From: Octopus bimaculoides
Lineage: Eukaryota
Direction of reading: 5' to 3'
Length of the DNA: 64,000 nucleotides
Assembly: GCF_001194135.2 (NCBI RefSeq)
Contig: NC_068992.1
Span: 49,256,480 to 49,320,479 of the forward strand
The notes under the pieces were generated by a model that saw nothing but the letters and a program-made list of their open reading frames with translations, searched no databases and was not told the DNA's origin. A program made the translations under genes and the position numbers. Positions 11,601 through 23,479 of this stretch are shown piece after piece; position 1 is the first letter of the stretch; every line of letters starts with the position of its first letter.

Positions 11601-12849
11601 ACTATTTGAACCGCTTTCGCTAATTTTCTCTTGACAAGGGAAAACGGACTTATTCTAATATCTCCATGTGACTGGTTACTGATTACATACTTTCACTTAA
11701 TTGCAGATTTCATCTGCAAGTCATGATTATTATGTAGCTCTGAGCTTCTTGGAACAGCTGTAGAGTTAAGAAATTACATATTTTCTTCATATCTTTCTAT
11801 ATTTTTGTGCTCCATGTAAATATATAGCGTGTTTTTCTCCCCCTCCCCCTCTCTCACACACACACCTGTTCATCTGTGCGTCTGTGCATTTAGCATGTTT
11901 TTCCGTCCATTGTTTATTACTATAGGTGTTTGACTTCTGAATGTAGTATATATATATATATATGGTAGTCTTAACTACTCAGAAAATAAATAAAGGAATT
12001 AGACGTCAACCATTGTCAACTCAATAATAAAAATGAAACTGAAAAGAAATTTTTTCAACTGACAGTTTTATTGCAAAATTGTTTATGCATGGAAAAAATA
12101 AGTAGACGTTACAGGCGGCCAGAAGCACCTAAGAAAATTGTAAAAAAAACATAACTAGACGACCTGATTCAAAAGAATTTCTTTCTTTGAGATTTTTGCT
12201 CCATAACAATTTATACTGAGAGTGCCTATAAATTTCTTGCATTGTTGGTATTAATAAACAAGCCAGTGAAGTGTTGCAGTGTGTGGGGAATCACCATACA
12301 AGTTCAGATAACAATGGTTATAGGTGCTGTACGTATAGGTATCATTATCGAAGCATTAGGCACGGATATGTCTTGGGTCTCACAGCAAAATATCTGTTAA
12401 ATATGGGTAGATCAATATCGACATTCGGTATAACTATTTCATTTTATTATCGACTTACCGACTAATGCTGATAAAAAATCTTTCGACATTTAAAAACGAT
12501 ATGGTTTTATGCATTTCTAATTCACCAGGCTATGATAAAGCATTGAAAACTGTGCGTAGGATAAAAGCAAACAGAAATCTTCTAAATTACATTTGTCCCA
12601 ACATCAGTCTATGTGTTTCAGGTGGAGAGACGTTATCAAATCTAAATTGTTAAGTTCGCATCAACCCTAAATGCTCACTTAGGCATGTCCGTCACTAAGG
12701 GGTGAACTTGATGGCAATGCCTCCTCACTATTCAATGGTACGCCTTCAGATTTACAGTATACACTTATATCGAAACTCCACTTGAGCATTATTACAAATC
12801 TGGCGACGGACCTGCATTTAGGTCGGAGTTTACTCCGGTTTCTGAGACG

Positions 12850-13075
12850 TTTCCATTCGTTACTATATTTCTCTTGAAATATGCTGCTTTGTTTAAATTA
12901 ATTTGGAAAATAATGAAGAATTTAATGAAATAAGTGCATTTATTAAAACTAGCGTTCAGAACATAAATTAATGTGAAATTTTTATGAAAGAGTTAATTTA
13001 GATCCCTTTAAAACAAGAATTTTGCACCAAAGGACCAAGGGCGATTTCCGGCAGGTTGATATCGAAGGGGTTAAG
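12850..13075. mobile_element. Older piggyBac-type MITE (TTAACCC termini)
   Basis: Ends GAAGGGGTTAA; interior related to 58556-59020, 39880-40000, 43340-43420 and 5330-5420. A related family ends AAAGGGTTAA at about 235 and near 53800. Confidence 0.55.
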
Positions 13076-14019
13076 TGATTGAAAGTACAAGACCCTTCGC
13101 TGAACAAGCAAGTCTTCACAAGATTAACTCCAGCTGTTTTTGGTACTTATCTTTAACTGAGTAAACTGAACATGAAATAAAGTGACATAGGCGATCGCCG
13201 TGACATATATAAGGACACAAGCCATTACCGGGGCCAAAAATCGAACCCCGAGACTTTACAATCGCGATCTCAACACCCTAACAACAAAGACACGTGACAT
13301 CACTGAAACCAAAACAAAACAGAAAGCATAATACGAAATAAAGCTAACTTAATGGTTCTGTCTTGACTTGTAGAATTTGTGGAAAAGAGAAAGGAACAAA
13401 GTAAGAAAGCAACACAGCAGAATAATGGATTAAATTGAATCAAAATTAAAGAACAAAAGAAAACATGATTTTCTTCTTCTCTCTCTTTCTCCCTTTCTCT
13501 CTTTCTTTTTTTTAAACAACCACCAAACAAAAAAAATAGTTGTTTTAAAGTCAGCTTAAACAGAGACAAGACGAATGTTAAGTAATTATTTCCAAATGAA
13601 GATCACACAGAAAAGAACGAGAAAGAAAATGTGATTAAAACGTTTTATAAGACTTAGAACAAATGTGTGTTGGTATGGAACACATTGGTTGATTAAAGAA
13701 TACTGATTAAATCATTAAAAATAATTAAACAAATGAGCCATTAAATCAATCAATCTGTCTATCCATCTATCTATCAGTATATGGTGATCTTTCGAGATAT
13801 ATATATATTAGTTTATGTATATATTAATATTATCTCAGTTATTAAAACTTTTGATAATTTAAATACGTTAATAGTTATCAGAGGTAGCAAAATTACACTA
13901 AAAAACAAGATATCACAGCCGTTTTATAGGTAGAGATACCAAGTTAAAGTGATACATTTTGAGAAGATATGGATAATAATAATAAATGGAGCAAAACGCA
14001 TGTCAATAAAAGTTCCTTT

Positions 14020-14110
14020 AATTCCTACACATGTTTCAAAATAAATGAGAGCTCTTTCACAAAGAAGAAAGAGCTGTTGGGGTTCCTCATATATTTCTCT
14101 TCAGGGAGTT
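14020..14110 (-). ncRNA. Type I minimal (Penelope-type) hammerhead ribozyme motif, core intact
   Basis: CUGAAGA (14104-14098); stem II 11 of 12 bp plus a 9-bp distal stem; GAAA (14037-14034); self-complementary stem III ACAUGUGU; GUA cleavage triplet; stem I UCC/GGA plus AA/UU. Confidence 0.7.
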
Positions 14111-14165
14111 CATAATAAAACATATAATAGCAAGACAAAAACGAAATGATGAGGTAACTTACGAG

Positions 14166-14210
14166 CAGAGATGTTACATGGTCAGTCTGACTGACCATGT
14201 AACATCTCTG
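14166..14210. repeat. Perfect 45-bp palindrome
   Basis: CAGAGATGTTACATGGTCAGTC-T-GACTGACCATGTAACATCTCTG: 22-bp arms and a 1-nt spacer. Confidence 0.95.
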
Positions 14211-14318
14211 GGTACTTCAGGGAGGATCTGGGTGCATTACAAGAAGGGGTCTCTTGTACCTCAAGAGCTGAAGGCACTAAGTACTCAGGGACATGTACAT
14301 ACACTCAAGGCAACGTGG

Positions 14319-14365
<47 letters not shown>

Positions 14366-14639
14366 CTGAAGAACAGAGAAGATGATGGGACCAGGATGTG
14401 AATGTACTGAGCAAGAGTATTGATGGCAGAAACAGGATAGGGAGATAAAGTAATGACTAACAGTAAAGATATGGTGAACGGAGATTGTATTGGATATATA
14501 TACAGTCCATTTCAGTTTCTTAGACAAACATCAAGAAGGGAAAGAGAAATAGTGAACAGGATGGTGGTAGGGGATAAAATGTGGGTGGGTCTCATACAGT
14601 GGTATGGGATGAGTGATAGAGAGATGAGAAGGGAAGCAA

Positions 14640-14938
14640 CAGCAGTAGATTTGACAGGTGCAGGTGTGGCTGTGTGGATGAGAAATTTGCTTCCCAACCA
14701 TATGGTTTGGGATCAGCTCCACAGTGTGGCACCTTGGACACTTATCTTCAACTATAACTCTAAGCCAGCCAAAGCTTTGTAAGTGGATTTGGTAGATGGA
14801 AACTGAAAGAAGCCTGTAGTGTGTCCGTTTGCATATGTGTGGGTGTATGTGTGGGCAAGTGTCTTCTACTATAGCCTCGGGCCGACCAAAGCCTTGTGAG
14901 TGGATTTGGTAGACGGAAACTGAAAGAAGCCCGTCGCA

Positions 14939-14983
<45 letters not shown>

Positions 14984-15185
14984 TTGTGTCTGTGTTTGTC
15001 CCCCCCACCATCGCTTGGCAACCGATGCTGGTGTGCTTGCGTCCCCGTGAATTAGTGGTTCGGCAAAAAGAGACCGCTAGAACAAGTACTAGGCTTCCAA
15101 AGAATAAGTCCTGGGATCGATTTGCTCAACTAAAGGTGGTGCTCCAGCATGGCTGCAGTCAAATGACTGAAACAAGTAAAAGAAT
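14640..15185 (+). mobile_element. SINE family A with an internally duplicated middle segment
   Basis: The GTGGATTTGGTAGA.GGAAACTGAAAGAAGCC block occurs twice (about 14782 and 14900) before the tail. Confidence 0.75.
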
Positions 15186-17320
15186 ACACACACACACACA
15201 CACAAATAACATCCCAGTCTCAGACAGTCTCTCCCACCCCTTGGAACTATTTCCATTCTTCATAATCTCTGTCCACACGATTTCAACCAATAATCGTCTT
15301 TCTGTGCCTTCAGTCACTGTTCTATCTCTCTCTCTTCTGCCTCTGCTATACTCCACTCTAAACACCTCTCTTATCTGCTCTCAGTCCCAACACCCTTCCC
15401 CATCTGCCACCATGACCCACCTACTCCAGCCCCTTATATGTCCCTATAACTCCTTCTCCACACCTGCTACACATTGCACATCATCCCATACCGTCCTAAA
15501 CCACTCCTACCTCCCACTTTATTCTCTCTGCATACTAGTATTTCCCATCATCTGCACCCACACCCTTGTTCAGCGCTCATTAAATCCACCTCTGCCTCCA
15601 CCTCTTTACTGCCCGCACATGCTCACATGAAAGCCTCTACTCTCTCATCCTCTCTCCCATGATTCACCATCCCATCTGTGTCCACTTTGTTCCTTGTGAG
15701 TCTACTCTAGTACTACTACCTTCACTGCCTTCCACTTATCTTCTTCAGCTGTGCATCTCTTCTACAGCTAAACACTTCTGCTTGTCCCTCTATCTACCCT
15801 AACTTTTCAATACTTGGTACACAGCCACCCATCTCTACTTTCTCCTCCCAAATACTTCCTCTTAGTAATGGGCACTTTTTCTTTTTCCTTTTTCTCTGTT
15901 CTTTCCTGTCTTTCAAGTTACATGACAACATCACAAGTGGTGGTACCTAAAAAACAAAAACAAAAAAAAACCCACCAAATATATGTTGCAAAGTTGTTGG
16001 CATTAGGAAGGACATCCAGGGTGCTGAACCATGCCAAAGATGACATTGAAGCTCAATGCAGCTCTGTAGTTCACTGGTTTCCTACCAAAAAGTCCTACCC
16101 ATTCCAGCTTGGAAAGTAGATGTTTAATGATGATGATGATGATGATGATGATGAAATACATCATCATGATTGTTATCATCATTTAACATTTGTTGTCCAT
16201 ACTGGCATGAGTTGTACGGTCTGACAGGAGGCAGGCCAGCTGAAGAGCTGTCCAGGGTTCATGTGTATTTTGGCATTGGTTTCCGCAGCTGGATGCCCTT
16301 CCTAACTCTAACCACTTAACAGAGTGTGCTGGATGCTTTTATGTAGCACTGGCACAGGTGCTCATAGACGGCACCAGCACTCATGAGGCCACAAGATTAG
16401 GATTGCTAAGGCGGCGAGCTGGAAGAAACGTTAGCACGCCGGACGAAATGCTTTGCGGTATTTCGTTTGCCATTACATTCTGGTTTCAAATTCCGCCAAG
16501 CTCGACTTTGCCTTGCACCCTTTCGGGGTCGATTAAATAAGTACCAGCTGCGCACTGGGGTCGATATAATCGACTTAATCTGTTTGTCTGTCCTTGTTTG
16601 TCTCCTCTGTGTGTAGCCCTTTATTGGCAGTAACAAAATAAGATTAGGATTGCTTAGCTGCAGAGGGATGGAGAGGACACACATGTATGCAAGGATAACC
16701 ACAATTTTACTAAGTTCGATGTGTTTTCTCAAGCACAGCAAACTGCATATGAATGTATGTGTGTGTGCAAGTGTCTCCGAGTCTTGACATTGTATGACAG
16801 TAGTAAATGAGTATCACCATCATAACATGTCCTGTCACAAGGAAATATTACACTTGGAAAAGCAAGTGAAGGTCAGTGACCGGAAGAGCATCTGGCTGTA
16901 GAAAATTTGCCTTGGTCAATTCTGCCCAACCATTGACAGTATGGAAAAGGGGACATTATTCTTTGTAAACCTAGTACTTATTCTATCAGTCTCTTTTGCT
17001 GACCCACTAAGTTACAGGGATGTAAACACACCAACGTCAGTTGTCAAGCAGTGGTGGTGGTGGGGAAACACAGACACACATGACGGGCTTCTTTCAGTTT
17101 CTGTCAACCAAATCCACTCACAAGGCTTTGGTCAGCCCGAGGCTATAGTAGAAGACACTTGCCCAATGTGCCATGCGGTGTGGTTGAACCCAGAACCATG
17201 TGGTTGGGAAGCAAGCTTCTTACCACACAACCACTCTTTGCACCTTATATAAATCCCAGCTGTCTCATCTAAGGTGAGGACCATGTATTGCAATAGCTTG
17301 GGATTCAAGGGCCCACAGCT

Positions 17321-17391
<71 letters not shown>

Positions 17392-17994
17392 TCATCATTT
17401 AACATCCGCTTTCCATGCTAGCATGGGTTGGACGATTTGACTGAGGACTGGCGAACCAGATGGCTGCACCAAGCTCCAATCTGATCTAGCAGAGTTTCTA
17501 TGGCTGGATGCCCTTCCTAAAGGAAAGTAGGGATGAAAACATCCAATCATTCATTGGCTCCATTGTTCAATACCCAATTTTGTAGAGAAAAACCTTACAA
17601 TTCACATGTAAAGTTGCAAGTCTGGAAAACCCTTACAAACTGAGAAGGTGAATAACCGAGGAAAGTGATGCTAAAAGTACATTGGTGGGGAACTGGTATT
17701 ATGAAGAGGGGGTAGGGGAATGAGTGATAACTGGCAGTGGTGTGGTGAGAGGGAAAGGGAAAGAGGAAGTGTAGTGCTGGGAGTTATTATGAAAGATGGG
17801 AGAAGAGTTTTAAGAACGGCAGAATGTGTCGTGTAGGGAAGGACCTTCTGTTGATTAGCAATAAGTAGTGCTGGACGAAAGTCAAAGAAAATACCTAACC
17901 ATGCATTCAACTGATGAAGAAGAATGAGTTATATGTATGTGTATGTACATATATGAAAGTGTGTGGTTTAGTGGTTAGTTTGTATACATATATG

Positions 17995-18338
17995 TGTGTG
18001 TGTGCCGTTGCCAGTACCGCCTGACTGGCCTTCGTAGGATTTTCGAGCGAGATCGTTGCCAGTGCCCCTGGACTGGCTCTTGTGCGGGTGGCACAGAAAA
18101 TACACCATTTCGAGCATGGCCATTGCCAGTACCGTCTGACTGGCCTTCGTGCGGGTGACACGTAAAAGCACCCACTACACTCTCTGAGTGGTTGGCGTTA
18201 GGAAGGGCATCCAGCTGTAGAAACTCTGCCAAATTAGATTGGAGCCTGGTGTTGCCATCCGGTTTCACCAGTCCTCAGTCAAATCGTCCAACCCATGCTA
18301 GCATGGAAAGCGGACGTTAAACGATGATGATGATGATG
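17995..18338 (+). mobile_element. RTE 3'-end repeat (family D) with tandem internal units
   Basis: Same 3' end as 30340-30530. Other copies at about 16160-16390 (-), 17390-17520 (-), 31900-32260 (+), 39060-39190 (+), 41850-41930 (+) and 52414-52500 (+). Confidence 0.8.
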
Positions 18339-18711
18339 AACTAAAAGTCGGAGAGGGACGGGATAAACTACCTGCATCAACTTGCTATAAAGACAGGTAG
18401 TAATTTTACCTTGTCCTTATTCAAAGTTTCCAATTCGTAAGGATTCTCCAGACTTGCAACTTTACACGTGGCGGTGCATTAAGAAGGGCGTCCAGTTATA
18501 GGAAGCAAGGCAAAAATGAAACTCGCAAGGGAGATGTGGTCCCCGCTGAGATATCGAAGAGAGCAGCGAAGTCCCATTTAACTCATGCCAGCATGGAAAG
18601 CTAACGTAAAATGCTGCAGCTGCCATATATACATGCATATATATATATGTATGTGTGTGTATATGTATGTGTGTGTGTGTGTNNNNNNNNNNATATGTAT
18701 GTGTGTGTATA

Positions 18712-18754
<43 letters not shown>

Positions 18755-18809
18755 ATATGTATACTGTTATGAGTATAAAACCTGTATTATATATATTCTA
18801 CATATGATG

Positions 18810-19075
18810 AAGGTGCGTGACCTAGTGGACATGCTGTTTCACACACTATTGCTAGATCATGGGTTCAATTCCCAGACTGGACAGCGCATTGTGTTCTTGA
18901 GCGAAACACTTCATTTCACATTGCTCCAGTCTTCCTTTTGATCAGGGAGAATGTTGGCATGCTCGCCTACCCTGTGGGATGGTGTCATCCAAAAGCTAAA
19001 ACAAAGCAAAGTGCATTGTAACCAATGATGTGCAACATCTGATAGTCTGGTCAGTCATGTGATCACATGATATAT
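18810..19075 (+). mobile_element. tRNA-headed SINE, family E
   Basis: Head with B-box GGTTCAATTCC and a CATTGTGTTCTTGAGC core shared with the element at 53330-53660. Confidence 0.55.
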
Positions 19076-19079
19076 ATGC

Positions 19080-19147
<68 letters not shown>

Positions 19148-19493
19148 TTTTATTCGTTTCAGTCATTTGACTGTGGCCATGTTGGAGTACCACCTTTAGT
19201 CGAACAAATTGACTCCAAGACTTATTCTTTGTAAGCCTAGGACTTTTTTGTTGTCTTTTTTCCTCTAATACATACCTGCTAACTCGGAAGCCTAGATCTC
19301 TGGCTCCAGCCCCAGCTGTGAACTTAGAACCTAACAGATGACCAATTATAGCACTTACACAACGTACCTATTCGTTTAGATCACCAGTGAACTAAACCCC
19401 TCATACTCTATAAGTCAGGGAAAAGATGCACTCGTATATCTGTCAGTAGAGTGGGTATATTATCTGAAATGTATAGTATTAGATATCCAGCAA

Positions 19494-19713
19494 GGCCGAT
19501 CTTACCTATCGGTTTCGCATAAAGAATAGAATGAAGTGTTAAGTAATGATCAAATTATATAACTTTTCATTCATCAGAGTTTTCCGATATGGAGAATAGT
19601 CGACATATTCCCTTCCATATTGGCTATATCTGATGAACGTAAAGTTATATAATCGGATTGTTACTTAACACTCCATTGTATTCTTTGCGTGAAACCAATT
19701 GGTAAGATCAGCC
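19494..19713. repeat. About 220-bp imperfect palindrome (foldback element)
   Basis: Arms pair almost end to end around the GTCGAC centre at 19599-19604, e.g. AGTGTTAAGTAA / TTACTTAACACT and GGCCGATCTTACC / GGTAAGATCAGCC. Confidence 0.85.
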
Positions 19714-20082
19714 GTGATATAGATATTTAAAAGTATACATTTCGGATAATATATATACATATGTATATATATATAATGCCATGTATGTTTTTGCTTTAAA
19801 ATATGCATGACGTTGGCGCCAGGAAGGGCATCCGGTCACAAAACCCAAAAAACACCCCTTCAAATAGTCTCGTCCAACCCAGGCCAACACAGAAAGGGGC
19901 CGCTAAAACGACAATGACGATAATGATATATATATATATGGCGTTGCGCCCAAAAGCCGTAGTTTCTTCAGATATACATGTTTCAGTCATCGTACATTAC
20001 GATTCTGTACACCTGAATAATTACATAATTACACATGTAAATCATGTAAATTAGCGAGAAAATGAACGACTGAATCAGCATG

Positions 20083-20117
<35 letters not shown>

Positions 20118-20594
20118 TTGTATATACACATATATACTCTGCACAATGTATAGAGGGATATTCTCTTTCATTTGTATATCACAACCAACTACTTATACAA
20201 GAAATACTTCGGATATCTTATCTTCTATATGTAAAAACGATGGAAATATCACGATTAGAACCTTTTTTTTTTATCAAAGGTGTTCTCGATCAGGGACCGA
20301 TCTGATCTGTGTAGGGTATTGTTAAAAAATTTCTCTGTATGAGAACTATAAAAAAGATCCGTAAAGTAACTGAAATGAAAGTACATTAATGCAAAACGAT
20401 AAAGAAATTAACTTAAATAAAGTTAACATTCAACAGAACGGACACGTAGTGTACAAATGAAATTATCTTTTTTTGAAAATAAAATTATTATGATAATAGT
20501 AATTTCAATTATTGTCTCAAGGCCGTGTTATCGAGGAAAGTTATTGAAGTTGATTTAATCGGCTATACTCTTTACACAACATTCATATTCATTT

Positions 20595-20780
20595 TTGTTG
20601 TTGTTGCTTAGCCTACAAGTTAGTTCATATGATCGAAGGCAATACAATCGTGACCATCCTGACTTTATGTATATCAAAACTTACATTATCTAATGTATTC
20701 ATTTTAAACGATAGTGTGATTTGAGAGATATTTGGCTACTATTTCTAGCGTGTCGTGCGACCGGTTAGACACCGTCTAGT
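20595..20780 (+). mobile_element. Interspersed repeat, family G
   Basis: GTGTGATTTGAG.GA.ATTTGGCT.CTATTTCTAGC. Also at about 21225-21410 (-), 21430-21595 (-), 60975-61190 (+), 305-480 (-) and 40060-40170 (-). Confidence 0.6.
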
Positions 20781-21633
20781 TTGCTATTTACTAATGTGAC
20801 CAATTACGAAGACCGGGTGTTTGGATGAACTTGTGTATACACATTCCTAGCCGATTACATCTGTTAATCCGCCTGTCTGTCTGTGTCTCTCTCTTGGTTT
20901 TCCCCCCAGGGACGCTTTACCAAACGAATTAAAACAATGAGCCATCACGAGAATATGTGGTCGACTCGAATTTCAAGAAATAGCAGCCAAATTTTATTTT
21001 TCTCAAATGACACTTTAAAAAACGATGGTATGGTCACCATTGGAATGACTTTGATGATAGGTTTGCCCGATCAGGACTGACCTGGGGCTGAACAACAAGT
21101 TTCAGTTTAAGTTTTCTTTGTTTTATCTTGATTTTTTTTTTTAAACTCGTATTATGTTTCCTCACTATTTGAAGACTAGGCAAGTAAGATTTGTCAACAG
21201 TTTCAATTAAATACTATCAACAAACGGAACCTCTACGTGGAATGATCGATCTCTTAGAAATAGCAGACTAAATCTCCCTCAAATCACACCCTACCCGTCT
21301 TGAAGTATGGATGCATACAACAAAGATAGTCCCTGATACACAGTGATAGGATGGTCACGATTAGAAAGCTTTTCATCATAACTCCTGGGTCAATGTAGAA
21401 ACAACAAACTGTTACTGCAACGAAAGAGGCCTCAATCCTCCTCATTAACTCATACACTTGTCTTAAAAATGAAAATAGTAATGTAGTACTTCATAAACTA
21501 TGACAGGATAGTCAAAGCTGGGACGTTTTTGATCATAAGTCTGCTCTGTTAGGGCTGATCCTGGGGCTAGACACGGCTCAAACAACAATAACAAGAAGAA
21601 TGCAATGAAAGGTGATGTGAATCAACAACTTAC

Positions 21634-21666
21634 TCACTACTGTTCTTTCTCGGCTCTGTCATATCT
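21634..21666 (-). CDS. Candidate first or cassette coding exon of the GH31-like gene (MTEPRKNSS)
   Basis: ATG at 21662-21660, 29 coding nt, then GA|GTAAGT: phase 2, matching the 8017 acceptor (gives MTEPRKNSSDTVEDV). An upstream acceptor ttttttcattAG (21668-21667) would make it a 33-nt symmetric exon. Confidence 0.55.
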
Positions 21667-21699
21667 CTAATGAAAAAATATACATTGGGACAAAATGTG

Positions 21700-21830
21700 A
21701 CAAGGTACTCGCTCTGACGTCACACACACATACAAACTAACTGTTCTTCACTCTCCCTACTACTACAACTTTTTTCTCCTACTACAACTTTTTCCTCCTC
21801 CCTCTCCGTCACTTCCTTCATCGGTCAACA
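21700..21830. promoter_or_regulatory. Candidate promoter with a full CRE and a CRE-half/ETS composite
   Basis: TGACGTCA at 21715-21722 and CGTCACTTCC at 21807-21816, 50-150 nt upstream (minus strand) of the ATG at 21662, in a CpG-richer segment. Confidence 0.35.
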
Positions 21831-22469
21831 TGACTTGCTGTTATTTATTTATTTTTTTGTCCATCTTTTGTAGTGTTGTTATTAGTATTTTTCACAATGG
21901 TAGGAGAAGCGAGACAGAAAGAGAAAGGGAGAGGAAGCAACCGTAAAGTTTTTGTTTATTTTATTTTATTTTATTTATTTAATTTTTTTTTTTCAAATTT
22001 GTTTCAGATGAAAAAAATAAGAAAAAAGCAAAACACTTTGATATTTAAATCAAAATACTTCTGTAAAACTCTTGTCTGTTGTTATCTATAAGTATCATTA
22101 TGACTTATTCTTTTCTCTTACGGTAGATTTTAAAAATTTATTTCACAGAGGACGAAACTTGCAAAAGTTTTTTTTTTCTTTCGTTCTCATAAAACAGCGG
22201 TAACAACGAATACTTTTTCTGCATATCTAGACAGGGAGGTAGATTTGAGCTTAAAAAAAGAAAGAAGAAAAGAAGCTATTTTAATATTGCAGCATCTATT
22301 TAGTTCAGCCTCTTTACGTTCCCAGTTCAAATCTAGCTTTATTAGACTTTCCTTCGGGGTTCGATAAATTCAATACCAGTAATATATTCTCGATTTAATC
22401 GATTAGTATAGGTGGGTGGAACACAATGAGTTTTTATTGCATTTTTGACTTTTTTTTTTTTACAAATAC

Positions 22470-23377
22470 TCTTTACTCTTTACTCTTTTACTTGTTTCGG
22501 TCATTTGACTGCGGCGATGCTGGAGCACCGCCTTTAGTCGAGCAGATCGACCCCAGGACTTATTCTTTGTAAGCCTAATACTTATTCTATCGGTCTCTTT
22601 TTGCCGAACCTCTAAGTTACGGGGACGTAAACACACNNNNNNNNNNNNNNNNNNNNNNNNNNNNNNNNNNNNNNNNNNNNNNNNNNNNNNNNNNNNNNNN
22701 NNNNNNNNNNNNNNNNNNNNNNNNNNNNNNNNNNNNNNNNNNNNNNNNNNNNNNNNNNNNNNNNNNNNNNNNNNNNNNNNNNNNNNNNNNNNNNNNNNNN
22801 NNNNNNNNNNNNNNNNNNNNNNNNNNNNNNNNNNNNNNNNNNNNNNNNNNNNNNNNNNNNNNNNNNNNNNNNNNNNNNNNNNNNNNNNNNNNNNNNNNNN
22901 NNNNNNNNNNNNNNNNNNNNNNNNNNNNNNNNNNNNNNNNNNNNNNNNNNNNNNNNNNNNNNNNNNNNNNNNNNNNNNNNNNNNNNNNNNNNNNNNNNNN
23001 NNNNNNNNNNNNNNNNNNNNNNNNNNNNNNNNNAAGTTTAATCTTACAGCTGTTTCGGCCTAGTTTTAGCAAGCCCCATTCTATCCGAATATTCCTTTCT
23101 AGTGTAGCAATAATTGGGTACCCTCCCAGCAGTATACTGGATAGATACTATCCCTTAGTGGGTTGAACCCCCAACCCCTAACTCTCTCACGTTATATATA
23201 TATATACATATATACAACAGGCTTCTTTCAGTTTCCGTCTACCAAATCCATTCACAAGGCTTTGGTCGGCCTGAGGCTAGAGTAGAAGACACTTGCACAA
23301 TATGCCATGCAATGGGACTGAACCTGGAACCATGTGGTTGGTAAGCAAGCTACTTACCACACAGCCACTCCTGCGCC
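22470..23377 (-). mobile_element. SINE family A split by an assembly gap
   Basis: Tail half at 22470-22636, head half at about 23210-23377, with N-gap 22637-23033 between them. Confidence 0.75.
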
Positions 23378-23479
23378 TTACAAAAATTATATCATCTAAT
23401 CAGATGACTTTCTCTAAATTCATTAAATATATTATACCATATTCAGAACACTATTCCAGAAAATTATCACCGTTCTCTT

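Noticed and set aside
14896-15900. 244-aa ORF and long pyrimidine-rich tract
   Set aside because: SINE plus low-complexity CT-rich sequence; similar tracts elsewhere (8590-8950, 17660-17900, 51274-51520) could not be classified.
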